Of a stretch of 64,000 bases of DNA, positions 63,261 through 64,000 are shown one piece after another; within the stretch, counting starts at the first letter, position 1, and the number at the start of each line of letters is the position of its first letter. Both the position numbers and the translations under genes were made by a program. Under the pieces are notes generated by a model. It was not told the origin of the DNA, made no database searches, and worked only from the letters and a program-made list of their open reading frames with translations. Origin of the DNA: Hormiphora californensis (taxonomy: Eukaryota; Animalia; Ctenophora); NCBI GenBank assembly GCA_020137815.1, contig CM035354.1:5084001-5148000 (forward strand), written 5' to 3'.

Positions 63261-64000
63261 TAGTCCACTGTGCGTGATGAGATCCCCATATAGAGTAGAA
63301 AATTGGCGAAGACAGAGAGAGAAAGTGAGACACAGAGAGACAGACAGAGACAGAGAGAATGAGCGTCGCCGACGGGCCCGGCCCTTTTCGGCCGAAGGCC
63401 GAATTACATTGACTAGTTTCTATAAAAAAAGAAGTTACAAATACAATGCTAGTGCTCTCACAATCGATTGCAATCTCCCCTCTTTTTTGTTCCCGACACA
63501 CCCCAGACAGAACTAGAAAGCTCTCTTTTTATCTTCTAAGTTTAGATCAGGAACAATAGTTCCAACATTTTGCTTTCTTGTTGGTGTTGTTTGCTCCTCC
63601 CCTTCCGGCTTCTAGTTCTCTCCCCAATCCCAGAAGATAGTGCGTCACATTTTCTCTAAGTTGCTATCCAGAAAACTAACTCGGTCAAAGTCTTTGTTGT
63701 CTCCGGCAGATTCAGGGAAAGGGTGTGTTCAACAAAAAACAACTCCTTATCCCTTCAATTGGTTTAAATTTAATTTCGTTATAATAGGCCAGCATGACGT
63801 ACAGCAGTTTGATATTGGTACTACTGTCAACAGCTTGTATCCATCCATCATCACCAGGTTCGTGTGGAAATGTATAATGTGTTGATCACTGTACTAATCA
63901 CTGCATTAATTACATATTACATAATTATCAACTATCTTGCCAAAAACAAGACAAACGATACCCAGTGGTGATTTATGACATACAGAAAGAAATTTAGGGT

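Overview
Eukaryotic, intron-rich but compact animal genomic DNA with typical introns of about 80-150 nt. A ctenophore-like source is my inference, not something the sequence proves. Genes in order: 3' part of AASDH (+, several frameshifts), an acyl-CoA oxidase (+), COQ7 (+), NEK4 (+), then a ~5.6 kb 34-bp satellite. Next comes a tight minus-strand run SELENOO <- NUP88 <- NCBP1 <- NDC80, a paraxis/twist-class bHLH gene (+), and the 3' part of DSTYK (-). SELENOO has an in-frame UGA (Sec) and a type II SECIS in its 3' UTR. Two genes are nested in introns: a secreted sushi-domain gene antisense in SELENOO, and an intronless, apparently catalytically dead prolyl-4-hydroxylase-alpha-like gene on the same strand inside DSTYK. 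Non-autonomous transposons are abundant: long fold-back palindromes, MITEs, three Helitron copies, a solo LTR and a LINE 3' end. The most unusual signals are (i) fold-back elements filling introns and, in NUP88, duplicating a splice acceptor and a splice donor via their target-site duplications; (ii) splice acceptors right before most start codons plus ~170-230 nt same-strand spacers, suggesting trans-splicing and operon-like organisation; and (iii) the same-strand nested P4HA-like gene. Exon boundaries were read by eye and may be off by a few nucleotides.
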